Positions 54,204 through 61,053 of a stretch of 64,000 nt of DNA are shown one piece after another. This stretch comes from Candidatus Saccharimonadales bacterium (GTDB lineage Bacteria > Patescibacteriota > Saccharimonadia > Saccharimonadales > DASZAF01). The stretch spans positions 4,360-68,359 of the forward strand of contig DATIIB010000007.1 of assembly GCA_035480055.1 (NCBI GenBank). Reading direction: 5' to 3'. Within the stretch, counting starts at the first letter, position 1, and each line of letters begins with the position of its first letter. The translations under genes and the position numbers were made by a program. The notes beneath the pieces are model-generated. The model worked only from the letters and a program-made list of their open reading frames with translations. It ran no database searches and had not been told where the DNA came from.

Positions 54204-55121
54204 GTGCCTCACTCACAAAATATTGCTCGAAAAGAAAAACCAGCCACCGTGCTCAAGGGCCAAAAACCAAAGACGACGTTTAAAGATGCTTTTGACAGCA
54301 TCGAGGTTGACCTGATATACCACCCCAGTGAGCAGATCGATTTGGTTGCGTATGGTTTTCAAAAGGCAACGTGGGCTGACCGGCCTTATGTACCTGGCAA
54401 AGACGAAAAGGTTGATGCTAAGTTGCTGGCTTCGCTCAAAATTGAAGCCATGGAGGGTAACGGTCTGCCACTCTCACTTGAGCTGTACGATTTTGTATTT
54501 GCAGTTAGCGGTATTAGCCGAATTATCACCCACCAGATTGTGCGAACACGCGTCGGAGCCACCTACTCTCAGCAATGTTCGGGCGACAAAGACTGGCGTC
54601 ACCATGACGCGGTGATGCCGCGCAGCGCGGCTCAGCAACCAGCGTTATACGAAGCATTTAAACAAAATGTACTTAATGCCAAACAGCTCTACGCCGACAT
54701 GCTCGATACCATGGAAGTGCCGATTCTTGATGCGCGTAAAATACTCCCCCACTGTCTAGAGACCTTTATCTACGTCAAATTTAATCTGGCAACACTGGTA
54801 ACTTTCATTAAGAAAAGGGATTGCGTCCAGACTCAAGAACCGGAGATGGTCTTAATAGCCAGACAAATGCGTACTGCCATTCTGGCCAAGTTCCCGCAGC
54901 TCGAAGGCTTATTACAAAATGAATGCAAGCGGCACAACTGTTTTTATACCAGGTCGGACCGCTTAGTTGGAACCTCAATGTTCTTGCCCGATAAAGATCA
55001 CGATTTTGAATACAACAAGGATAATTTTATTTATCCCAAAACTGTTCATGAAATGGTTTACGACTTGCCGCCCGTTCCCGCTGAACACTATATAGGTACG
55101 AAAAAGGCATCTGCCAAATGA
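54204..55121 (+). CDS. thyX: ThyX-family (flavin-dependent thymidylate synthase fold) protein with a divergent active-site signature
   Basis: 305 aa. GTG start 1 nt after the upstream TAA, with SD GAAGGAG. ThyX-fold landmarks: FVFAVSGISRIITHQIVRTRVGATYSQQCSGD (canonical is F.F...S R....Q..RHR..S....S.RY) and ARKILPHCLETFIYVKFNLATLVTFIKKRDCVQTQEPE (canonical is AR..LP....T.......N...L..F...R....AQ.E). Confidence 0.75.
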   Translation: MPHSQNIARKEKPATVLKGQKPKTTFKDAFDSIEVDLIYHPSEQIDLVAYGFQKATWADRPYVPGKDEKVDAKLLASLKIEAMEGNGLPLSLELYDFVFAVSGISRIITHQIVRTRVGATYSQQCSGDKDWRHHDAVMPRSAAQQPALYEAFKQNVLNAKQLYADMLDTMEVPILDARKILPHCLETFIYVKFNLATLVTFIKKRDCVQTQEPEMVLIARQMRTAILAKFPQLEGLLQNECKRHNCFYTRSDRLVGTSMFLPDKDHDFEYNKDNFIYPKTVHEMVYDLPPVPAEHYIGTKKASAK

Positions 55122-55549
55122 TCAATATCCTTGGCTTTGAGGGGCCAGACAAAGTAGGCAAAAGTAAACTAATCCGGGCACTAAATCGGGCAACAGACTA
55201 TCAGCACCTATGTATCGATCGTTTCTTGGGTTCGGCTATGGTCTACGATGCGATCTCCGAGCGTCGGGAGCGTGAAGCTGTCATCCTCGCAGCCGAAGAA
55301 GAGTTAGCCCATCTAGCCTGCGCCAAAGTAGTGAGCGTCTTAGTGAGCTGCGAGCGGGCAGTATTGCTCGACCGTATTTATCGAGAAGATGAAGAGCCAG
55401 AGGCTCGAGCCGCCAAATTGGACGAGATGATCGCCAATTACGACCACTACAGGCGAGTAACGCGTCTTCCGCTTATCGAGGTAGATACTACCCACGCTAC
55501 AGTTGATGGATCTGTTCAGGAAATAATTGGAAAATTAGCAACCATATGA
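55118..55549 (+). CDS. Short thymidylate-kinase-like P-loop (d)NMP kinase
   Basis: 143 aa with an ATGA overlap. The P-loop is ILGFEGPDKVGKS (Tmk has FEGxDGxGK[ST]). IDRFLGSAMVYD matches the Tmk DRY..S..AYQ motif. It is shorter than a typical Tmk, and the LID region looks reduced. Confidence 0.6.
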   Translation: MINILGFEGPDKVGKSKLIRALNRATDYQHLCIDRFLGSAMVYDAISERREREAVILAAEEELAHLACAKVVSVLVSCERAVLLDRIYREDEEPEARAAKLDEMIANYDHYRRVTRLPLIEVDTTHATVDGSVQEIIGKLATI

Positions 55550-56094
55550 CGCACAACACCATCGTTACCACGGTCACGGCTCTCGCCGAGCAAATTAAAA
55601 AAGAAGGTCACGAGCTTAACGGCACTAAGGAATTATTAGCCGTATCCCCTCTTCCATTGGTGGTATCAGAAATGGATTTGATAGCCGAGGAGAATGAAGT
55701 CCGACGGTACTATGAAAAGCTTGGCATTAACAATCAAGCCATACGTAGCCTGGAGCATAATTTGTATGAGTTTATTTATCGAGGTCTTCGCCAAGCCGTA
55801 GAGCAAACCCTTTATTTTGATAAAACTCAGGACTATAGCTCACGACGCTTTGTCTTTTCTACGACGGATTGTATCTCTCATGTACAGATTCTATTCCGTC
55901 CAGAAACAACGATTCTGGCAATGCACATTCGTAGTACCGATGTGGTTAAATTGCTGCCTTGGGATATGCTCTTTGCCTGCAAATTATTGGAAAGAATCTT
56001 ATTGGAGTCAGAATTTCCGCTGACCAAAAAGAAAGAGGTGCATCTCTTTATCGCTTCGGCTCATTACTATCTCAAGCCAAAGGTGATGTATTAG
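55546..56094 (+). CDS. Truncated ThyA/dCMP-hydroxymethylase-fold (pyrimidine C5 transferase-like) protein
   Basis: 182 aa with an ATGA overlap. It is colinear with the ThyA core: SSRRFVFS (ThyA SRRIIVS), DCISHVQI (PCHAFFQF, catalytic Cys then Q at +5), IRSTDVVKLLPWDM (QRSCDVFLGLPFNI) and SAHYY (DTHLY). The ~60-aa folate-binding insert of ThyA is missing. Confidence 0.6.
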   Translation: MTHNTIVTTVTALAEQIKKEGHELNGTKELLAVSPLPLVVSEMDLIAEENEVRRYYEKLGINNQAIRSLEHNLYEFIYRGLRQAVEQTLYFDKTQDYSSRRFVFSTTDCISHVQILFRPETTILAMHIRSTDVVKLLPWDMLFACKLLERILLESEFPLTKKKEVHLFIASAHYYLKPKVMY

Positions 56095-56097
56095 GCT

Positions 56098-56694
56098 ATG
56101 CGATTTGAAGCTCTCTCTGCGCTCAATGATGAGATTCGTCAAACTGAGACGTGTAAGGATGGACGGCCCGTTGTCATCAACGCCCTTCGGCCCACGCAGC
56201 GCTATTTGATAATTAGCTTGGACCCGTCGGCCGAGACCAACAAAGATCGTGATTTATTAGTGAAGCACTCTGGGTTTGAAGAACGTGTACTTGCGTTATT
56301 TGAGCATGGCGATGATGAACCAGTAAGCGTCGCCGAGGTGCGTACGCATTACGCCCAAAGTAAGCAGCGGTTCGTAGATACATTTTATTGGACGCATTAT
56401 TCTAAATGTCACCATGAGGGTAACCCCGGGGACTATTGGGCCAAGAAATACTTGCAGAGAGAGATTGAGCTAGCTGAACCTGAATTAATTATCGCTTTTG
56501 GCAGCCGAGTAACCAATTTCCTTCTAGGCGGTGGGACATTCAAACAACGCGTGAATCAGTTACTGTCAACGCCCGAAGGAATTCCCCTTATTGCCTCGCT
56601 GCACCCTTCACGAGATTGGAATATGCGGCGGCGTCACGAGTATGCTTTTAAGGAGACCTGGCGACTCATTCGCCAGCAAACTAACTACATATAG
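56098..56694 (+). CDS. Uracil-DNA glycosylase superfamily protein (unclassified family)
   Basis: 198 aa. The motif A equivalent is YLIISLDPSAE (family 1 has LGQDPYH; family 4 has GEAPG). WTHYSKC sits in a mid strand. The motif B equivalent is IASLHPSRDW (HPS). Confidence 0.6.
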   Translation: MRFEALSALNDEIRQTETCKDGRPVVINALRPTQRYLIISLDPSAETNKDRDLLVKHSGFEERVLALFEHGDDEPVSVAEVRTHYAQSKQRFVDTFYWTHYSKCHHEGNPGDYWAKKYLQREIELAEPELIIAFGSRVTNFLLGGGTFKQRVNQLLSTPEGIPLIASLHPSRDWNMRRRHEYAFKETWRLIRQQTNYI

Positions 56695-56704
56695 AAGGGT
56701 TATC

Positions 56705-57148
56705 ATGCAACAAATAGTTTCTACTGTCGCGATTGTCTATTGTCAGGGTAAATTTTTGCTGGTTCGTCGAGCTTTGGACGACGACATCTTCCCTGGCAAA
56801 TGGCAAAGCGCGGGCGGTAAAGTTGAGCCTGGGGAAACCATTGAGGAAGCCGTGCAGCGTGAACTTTTGGAGGAGACAGGGGTAGCAATTGGGAGCGAGC
56901 TGCGCTTCGTAATGAGTTACGCCTGGCAAAAGTCTCCCAGCGAGTCAACTCGACTGGGAATTATTCTCCTTGCCGCATTGCCGGGTAAGAATAAGGACGT
57001 CTCAATTACCTTAGATGCTGAGCTGTGCGAATACGGCTGGTTTACTTTAGCGGAAGCAGCCAAGCTGGACACTATTGGCCGCGAAAGCTCGACAGGCACC
57101 TTTGCCCAGTTGCAAAAAGCCAGTCAGCTACTCTCGGTTGAGCACTAG
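56705..57148 (+). CDS. Nudix hydrolase (MutT-like)
   Basis: 147 aa from ATG 56705. The Nudix box is GGKVEPGETIEEAVQRELLEETGV. Confidence 0.85.
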   Translation: MQQIVSTVAIVYCQGKFLLVRRALDDDIFPGKWQSAGGKVEPGETIEEAVQRELLEETGVAIGSELRFVMSYAWQKSPSESTRLGIILLAALPGKNKDVSITLDAELCEYGWFTLAEAAKLDTIGRESSTGTFAQLQKASQLLSVEH

Positions 57149-57604
57149 TTGCCGCAAGGCGGCGGCGGAGATGGATTTGATAACCACAAAATCACCATAC
57201 ATATCCGTTACTTCGCCCTGCTCGACTCTTTTGGTGACGCCACTGGCATGAATAGCGGTAGTTGCAGTTACGGCAATGCCTGCATGCGTTCGCCCGTTAG
57301 CTGAGTAATACAAGCACACGTCACCGGGTTCGGCTGGTACCGCAACAGCAAAAGCTTCTAGCTGTTTGGTGTGCCGTAAATCTTGGGGCCAATCGGCAGT
57401 TGCCAGACCCATAACAATTGCAAAGCTTGCAATTGTGAGGCCACTACAATCAAAGCCGCTTTCGGGGTCCATACCTCTTTCCATGCAGGCATCTACAGTG
57501 ACGCGGCCGCCATCGCAAAGATTTTGGGGTTTAAAATGGTGCTCAAACGGTGCCCCTACCTGCTGTTGCGCACTGGCGATGATACGCTCTCCCAGTCTGC
57601 TCAT
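57128..57604 (-). CDS. NlpC/P60 (C40) family hydrolase without an obvious signal peptide
   Basis: 158 aa. The catalytic Cys motif is GFDCSGLTIASF and the His lies in GRTHAGIAV. Its 3' end overlaps the convergent Nudix gene by 21 nt. Confidence 0.75.
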   Translation of the reverse strand: MSRLGERIIASAQQQVGAPFEHHFKPQNLCDGGRVTVDACMERGMDPESGFDCSGLTIASFAIVMGLATADWPQDLRHTKQLEAFAVAVPAEPGDVCLYYSANGRTHAGIAVTATTAIHASGVTKRVEQGEVTDMYGDFVVIKSISAAALRQLVLNRE

Positions 57605-57722
57605 TATTGTGTACCTCGAAAGACTGTCAATGTTTCTTCGTCAACCAACATACCCATTTTGCCAGTTATTATAACAAACAAATGGCTGGCTATGTCTAAC
57701 AGATAGGAGGCACTAAAACAAT

Positions 57723-57751
57723 AAAAGTGCTCCGAGATTTGGGGCACTTTT
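57723..57751 (-). terminator. Intrinsic terminator downstream of tRNA-Gln
   Basis: An 11-bp stem (AAAAGTGCTCC/GGGGCACTTTT, with one G.U) and a 7-nt loop. On the minus strand it is followed by TTTTATTGTTTT. Confidence 0.7.
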
Positions 57752-57768
57752 ATATCTGTATAATATCT

Positions 57769-57843
57769 TGGCTGGCGAGGAAGGATTCGAACCTTCGATC
57801 TCCTGCTCCAGAGGCAGGCGCCTTACCGCTTGGCCACTCGCCA
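57769..57843 (-). tRNA. tRNA-Gln: tRNA-Gln (anticodon CTG)
   Basis: Minus-strand read: TGGCGAG TG GCC AAGCGGTAA GGC G CCTGC CTCTGGA GCAGG AGATC GAAGG TTCGAAT CCTTC CTCGCCA G CCA. It has a 7-bp acceptor stem, a 5-bp anticodon stem with loop CT-CTG-GA, and the T-loop TTCGAAT. CCA is encoded. The D-arm is the same as in E. coli tRNA-Gln. Confidence 0.92.
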
Positions 57844-57879
57844 GTACGAGAGGTATTATACCGCGAGAAGGTGAATTTT

Positions 57880-58185
57880 TCAATCTGTCAGCAGCTCGCG
57901 GGTTTGAGGATCGAGGCCGCGCCGTGGCCACACCATTTTGGCCACAACCTTATTTTTGCGAGCATGGCGGCCAAGAATGTAATTGGTCGTGGCGGCGTGG
58001 TTATCACCCTTTAGGTGAATCTCGCCCTCTTGTACGTGCATTCGTTTTACCACCGGACGGCCTTCAGCCTGAGCGAGCACAATGTCGCCATGCTGATACG
58101 TGCGCGATTTTACAAACAGGCACACTTGACCCGGCCGCAAGGTGGGCAGCATGCTCTGCCCTACAACTCGTCGGAGGTAGATCAT
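57880..58185 (-). CDS. sodX: Ni-SOD maturation protease (S26 signal-peptidase-like, SodX)
   Basis: 101 aa. VVGQSMLPTLRPGQ is the S26 Ser motif, and VVKRM carries the candidate Lys. It starts 2 nt after the sodN stop. Confidence 0.75.
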   Translation of the reverse strand: MIYLRRVVGQSMLPTLRPGQVCLFVKSRTYQHGDIVLAQAEGRPVVKRMHVQEGEIHLKGDNHAATTNYILGRHARKNKVVAKMVWPRRGLDPQTRELLTD

Positions 58186-58186
58186 T

Positions 58187-58579
58187 TTAAGCTTGCTTGG
58201 TCTGCTTAAAAATGTCAGCGATTTCGTCGATCATCTCGAGTAGTTTTTCGGCGATTGCTGGATCTGTGTGATGTTTGGCTTCGCCAGCTTGCTTGGTCGC
58301 CTTCCAAAAGAGGTCATGAAGGTTTGGGAACTTCTCGAGGTGCTCAGGCTTAAAGTAATCGGTCCAGAGTACCCACAAATGTCGCTTTGCCAGTTCGGCG
58401 CGCTCTTCTTTAATGATAAGCGCTCGGGTGCGGAACTCTTGGTCCTCGTTTTCTTGATACTTTTGCATAATTTTTAGCACTGACTCGGCTTCGATGCGAG
58501 CTTGTGCGGGATCATAGACACCACAAGGCAGATCACAGTGGGCGTAGACCGGTTTGATAAGTTTTTTAAGAATGTGCAT
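58187..58579 (-). CDS. sodN: Nickel-containing superoxide dismutase precursor
   Basis: 130 aa. A 13-aa leader (MHILKKLIKPVYA) is followed by the Ni-hook HCDLPCGVYDP and a four-helix-bundle-like remainder. Confidence 0.9.
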   Translation of the reverse strand: MHILKKLIKPVYAHCDLPCGVYDPAQARIEAESVLKIMQKYQENEDQEFRTRALIIKEERAELAKRHLWVLWTDYFKPEHLEKFPNLHDLFWKATKQAGEAKHHTDPAIAEKLLEMIDEIADIFKQTKQA

Positions 58580-58754
58580 CAGCTTTCCCTCGTTTACTCT
58601 TGTTAGTATAGCAAAGATAGAAAAAAATGCTTGCGCTTACGGTGACGGCGCAGTACTATGAAAACAACCAGTTTTTTAAAATAAAAACACCATAAAACAA
58701 CTGGCAACACCACAACAACGGCGCCAAGCTTATCCATTGACGGTTTGTCGCTTA

Positions 58755-58787
58755 AAAATACCGAGCTCGTGAGGAGCTCGGTATTTT
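58755..58787 (-). terminator. Intrinsic terminator after trmD
   Basis: A perfect 14-bp stem (AAAATACCGAGCTC/GAGCTCGGTATTTT) with a 5-nt loop and T-runs on both strands. Confidence 0.8.
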
Positions 58788-58818
58788 ATGTTGGCCTATG
58801 GGAGTGAGACCTGCCGCC

Positions 58819-59478
58819 CTACTGTTCTGCCTTTTGGCTTTGGGCAGCGCGCCATTTGGCGATTTCTTGGTGGTTGCCGTTTAGTAACACTTCTGGCACC
58901 TGCATTCCTTGGAACTCGGCTGGACGAGTGTATTGGGGAAATTCTAATGTCTCTCCGTCGCTAAAGCTTTCGATCTCAGCACTGGTTTCGCCGCCAAGCA
59001 CGCCAGGGATCAGGCGCACCACGCTGTCGATCACGGCCATGGCTGGGATTTCGCCGCCGGTCAGGACGTAATCACCAATGGATATTTGCCGATCTACCAG
59101 GGAAGTGATGCGTTCGTCATAGCCTTCGTACCGTGCACAGATAAAAATGAGCCCACGCTGATCGATCGCCAGTGCCTCAGCTTTGGCCTGCACCCACCGT
59201 TCGCCGCGTGGCGTCATCAATAGCACTTGCGCGTCGGAATCAACTTCTTTCGCTTTGGCAACTGCAGCAAAAAGCGGTTCGGGCTTCAGCAACATGCCAT
59301 CGCCGCCGCCATAAGGAGCGTCGTCGACTTGGCGGCGAGGGCCCAACCCAAATTCGCGCAGATCAATCTGGCTGAATTGTACAATTCCATGATCCTGTGC
59401 CTTCCATAACATGCTGGAGCCAAAGACTTCCTGAAACATATTTGGAAAAAGCGAAATTACTTGTATCTTTCTGGTCAT
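58819..59478 (-). CDS. trmD: tRNA (guanine37-N1)-methyltransferase
   Basis: 219 aa from ATG 59478. Motifs: IQVISLFPNMF, DLREFG, RQVDDAPYGGGDGMLLKPEP, ICARYEGYDERI, SIGDYVLTGGEIPAMAVIDSVVRLIPGVLG. Confidence 0.92.
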   Translation of the reverse strand: MTRKIQVISLFPNMFQEVFGSSMLWKAQDHGIVQFSQIDLREFGLGPRRQVDDAPYGGGDGMLLKPEPLFAAVAKAKEVDSDAQVLLMTPRGERWVQAKAEALAIDQRGLIFICARYEGYDERITSLVDRQISIGDYVLTGGEIPAMAVIDSVVRLIPGVLGGETSAEIESFSDGETLEFPQYTRPAEFQGMQVPEVLLNGNHQEIAKWRAAQSQKAEQ

Positions 59479-59565
59479 AACTGTGGTCAGTATACCAAGT
59501 TTAGGCCGTAGCCCAAAATATATGTATTGCATGAGTAAGCTTAAGCGTGCACAATATACTCATCC

Positions 59566-59916
59566 ATGGGAGGCGAACAAGCTGCATACAGAATGGCCGC
59601 GCAGGCTCTAGGGAGACATCCATGCTTTATCGCCAGCTGCCAAGTACTCAAAGAAGCGCTTGTTGACGCCCCTACCGCCGCTTTTACAGATGCGCCGGTT
59701 CCACTGCTGCATGTCGAGCCACGAGACGCAGACGAAACCGATGTAGGCCAACCTGAATCGCCGTCGGCAGCTAACACTCTTCTCGATTTCAGCGAACTTC
59801 CTGCCCACACCATCGTTATGCTGGCACTCAACGGGCCGATCGGCGTCCGGTGCAACGGGCCTAACTTCGATGGTCTATGTGGACTTGGCCGAGTCACTTG
59901 CAATCAGTTTACCTAA
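59566..59916 (+). CDS. Hypothetical small acidic protein, antisense-oriented within the rpsP-trmD cluster
   Basis: 116 aa. Its composition is more protein-like than the Ser/Arg-rich 120-aa ORF on the opposite strand. No SD and no recognised domain. A stable hairpin follows 25 nt downstream. Confidence 0.3.
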   Translation: MGGEQAAYRMAAQALGRHPCFIASCQVLKEALVDAPTAAFTDAPVPLLHVEPRDADETDVGQPESPSAANTLLDFSELPAHTIVMLALNGPIGVRCNGPNFDGLCGLGRVTCNQFT

Positions 59917-59940
59917 GCCCCTTACCTAGCCTCTATACGC

Positions 59941-59970
59941 AACAAACCCGGTCGTTAAACCGGGTTTGTT
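59941..59970. other. Stable 11-bp hairpin (AACAAACCCGG/CCGGGTTTGTT, 8-nt loop) without a U-tract
   Basis: Direct reading. It could terminate either the + ORF 59566-59916 or the minus-strand KH gene. Confidence 0.4.
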
Positions 59971-60069
59971 GTCACAAATAAAGCTCTCAACTTTATGTAG
60001 AAGTTGCTCGCAAGAGCTATTTTTATTTTCGTGGTTCGCTTGGCAAATGGCCGGTTGAACTTGGTTTTA

Positions 60070-60465
60070 TTATATACGCAGGTCGTCGAGTTCGGCAAGT
60101 TCTTTTCGAGTCCGATTTACGACATCGTTCTCTTCTTCCACAGGCTCATCTGTTGAGTCATCCACAGGTTTTCCACTGTCATCTGTTGCGCTACTGCTTT
60201 GCGATGAAAAAGCGTGATCGTCATTGTCGACAATCTTCAGGTTATACCTGGCATCATTCTTGGTGCCGAGCGCCCGCAGCAAGGTTCGGATGCTCTGTGC
60301 AGTCGCACCGCGCTTGCCAATGACCCGCCCTAAGTCCTCGGGGTCGACGGTAAGCTCAAGTAACACTCCCTTTTCGTCAATGCGGCGCTCCACAATAACG
60401 GCATCTGGTTTGCTGACGAGGGATTTGACGATATACTCTACGAACTGTTGGTCAATCGTTGACAT
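60070..60465 (-). CDS. KH-domain RNA-binding protein (YlqC/UPF0109) with an acidic C-terminal extension
   Basis: 131 aa. Motifs: FVEYIVKSLVSKPDAVIVERRIDEKGVLLELTVDPEDLGRVIGKRGATAQSIRTLL, including the GxxG loop. Confidence 0.85.
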   Translation of the reverse strand: MSTIDQQFVEYIVKSLVSKPDAVIVERRIDEKGVLLELTVDPEDLGRVIGKRGATAQSIRTLLRALGTKNDARYNLKIVDNDDHAFSSQSSSATDDSGKPVDDSTDEPVEEENDVVNRTRKELAELDDLRI

Positions 60466-60548
60466 GTACTGACTCCCTTATCTCACTTAAACACTGTTTA
60501 TTGTACTGTAAAGCTTAGGCGTAATGCAATCATGATACGTACGGCGCA

Positions 60549-60578
60549 AAAAACGCGGCTTTGGTGGGCCGCGTTTTT
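60549..60578 (-). terminator. Intrinsic terminator immediately after rpsP
   Basis: An 11-bp stem (AAAAACGCGGC/GCCGCGTTTTT) with an 8-nt loop, flanked by A/T runs. Confidence 0.75.
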
Positions 60579-60580
60579 AT

Positions 60581-60970
60581 TTACTCTTCGGTTTTTTCTT
60601 CGGAAGCTGGTTCGCTGGGAGCCGCTGCCTCTTCTACCGCTGCAGGTGCTTCTGCTTTGGGCTGGTTTTTGCGAAGCTTTTCAGGGTTACGAATTTCGCG
60701 TTTTTTGCTCGTTGCCTTGATAATCCAGTTTGGCAGTGCGATCTTTTCGCTTTCTAAAAGACGTACCACTCGAGGTGAGGGCTGCGCACCATTCTTCAAA
60801 AAGGTTTCAACTTTTTCTTTGTCAAAAGCAGTGTGCTTGTCGTGGGGGTTGTAGGTGCCCACATACGCCACAACGCGGCCGCTGCTGGGGTGACGGTGAG
60901 ATTCTTGGACGGCAACTCGATACATAGGCATCTTCTTGCGACCAATTCTTTGCAAACGAATAGCTAACAT
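60581..60970 (-). CDS. rpsP: 30S ribosomal protein S16 with a Lys/Ala/Glu-rich C-terminal tail
   Basis: 129 aa: MLAIRLQRIGRKKMPMYRVAVQESHRHPSSGRVVAYVGTYNP. Confidence 0.93.
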   Translation of the reverse strand: MLAIRLQRIGRKKMPMYRVAVQESHRHPSSGRVVAYVGTYNPHDKHTAFDKEKVETFLKNGAQPSPRVVRLLESEKIALPNWIIKATSKKREIRNPEKLRKNQPKAEAPAAVEEAAAPSEPASEEKTEE

Positions 60971-61015
60971 TTGTTTCTTGATTCCTTACTTACAGTTTCA
61001 CACAAATTTCAACTT

Positions 61016-61044
61016 ATTGTACCGGAGAAAGAGGAGGAAGTCAA
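61016..61044 (-). promoter_or_regulatory. Near-consensus promoter for rpsP (TTGACT-17-TACAAT)
   Basis: On the minus strand, TTGACT is at 61044-61039, followed by a 17-nt spacer and TACAAT at 61021-61016. Confidence 0.6.
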
Positions 61045-61053
61045 TCTGTTTCG

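Noticed and set aside
57727-58209. Plus-strand ORFs of 95, 140 and 64 aa
   Set aside because: They run antisense across tRNA-Gln and sodX, which are well supported on the minus strand.
59533-60069. A possible structured RNA (RNase P RNA, tmRNA, SRP or 6S RNA) in the trmD-KH gap
   Set aside because: I could not find the conserved cores: GAGGAAAGUCC or ACAGAAxxxGGCUUA for RNase P, a tRNA-like GGUUCGA...ACCA end plus tag ORF for tmRNA, or the SRP GGAA/AGCA motif. A covariance-model search would be needed to rule these out.
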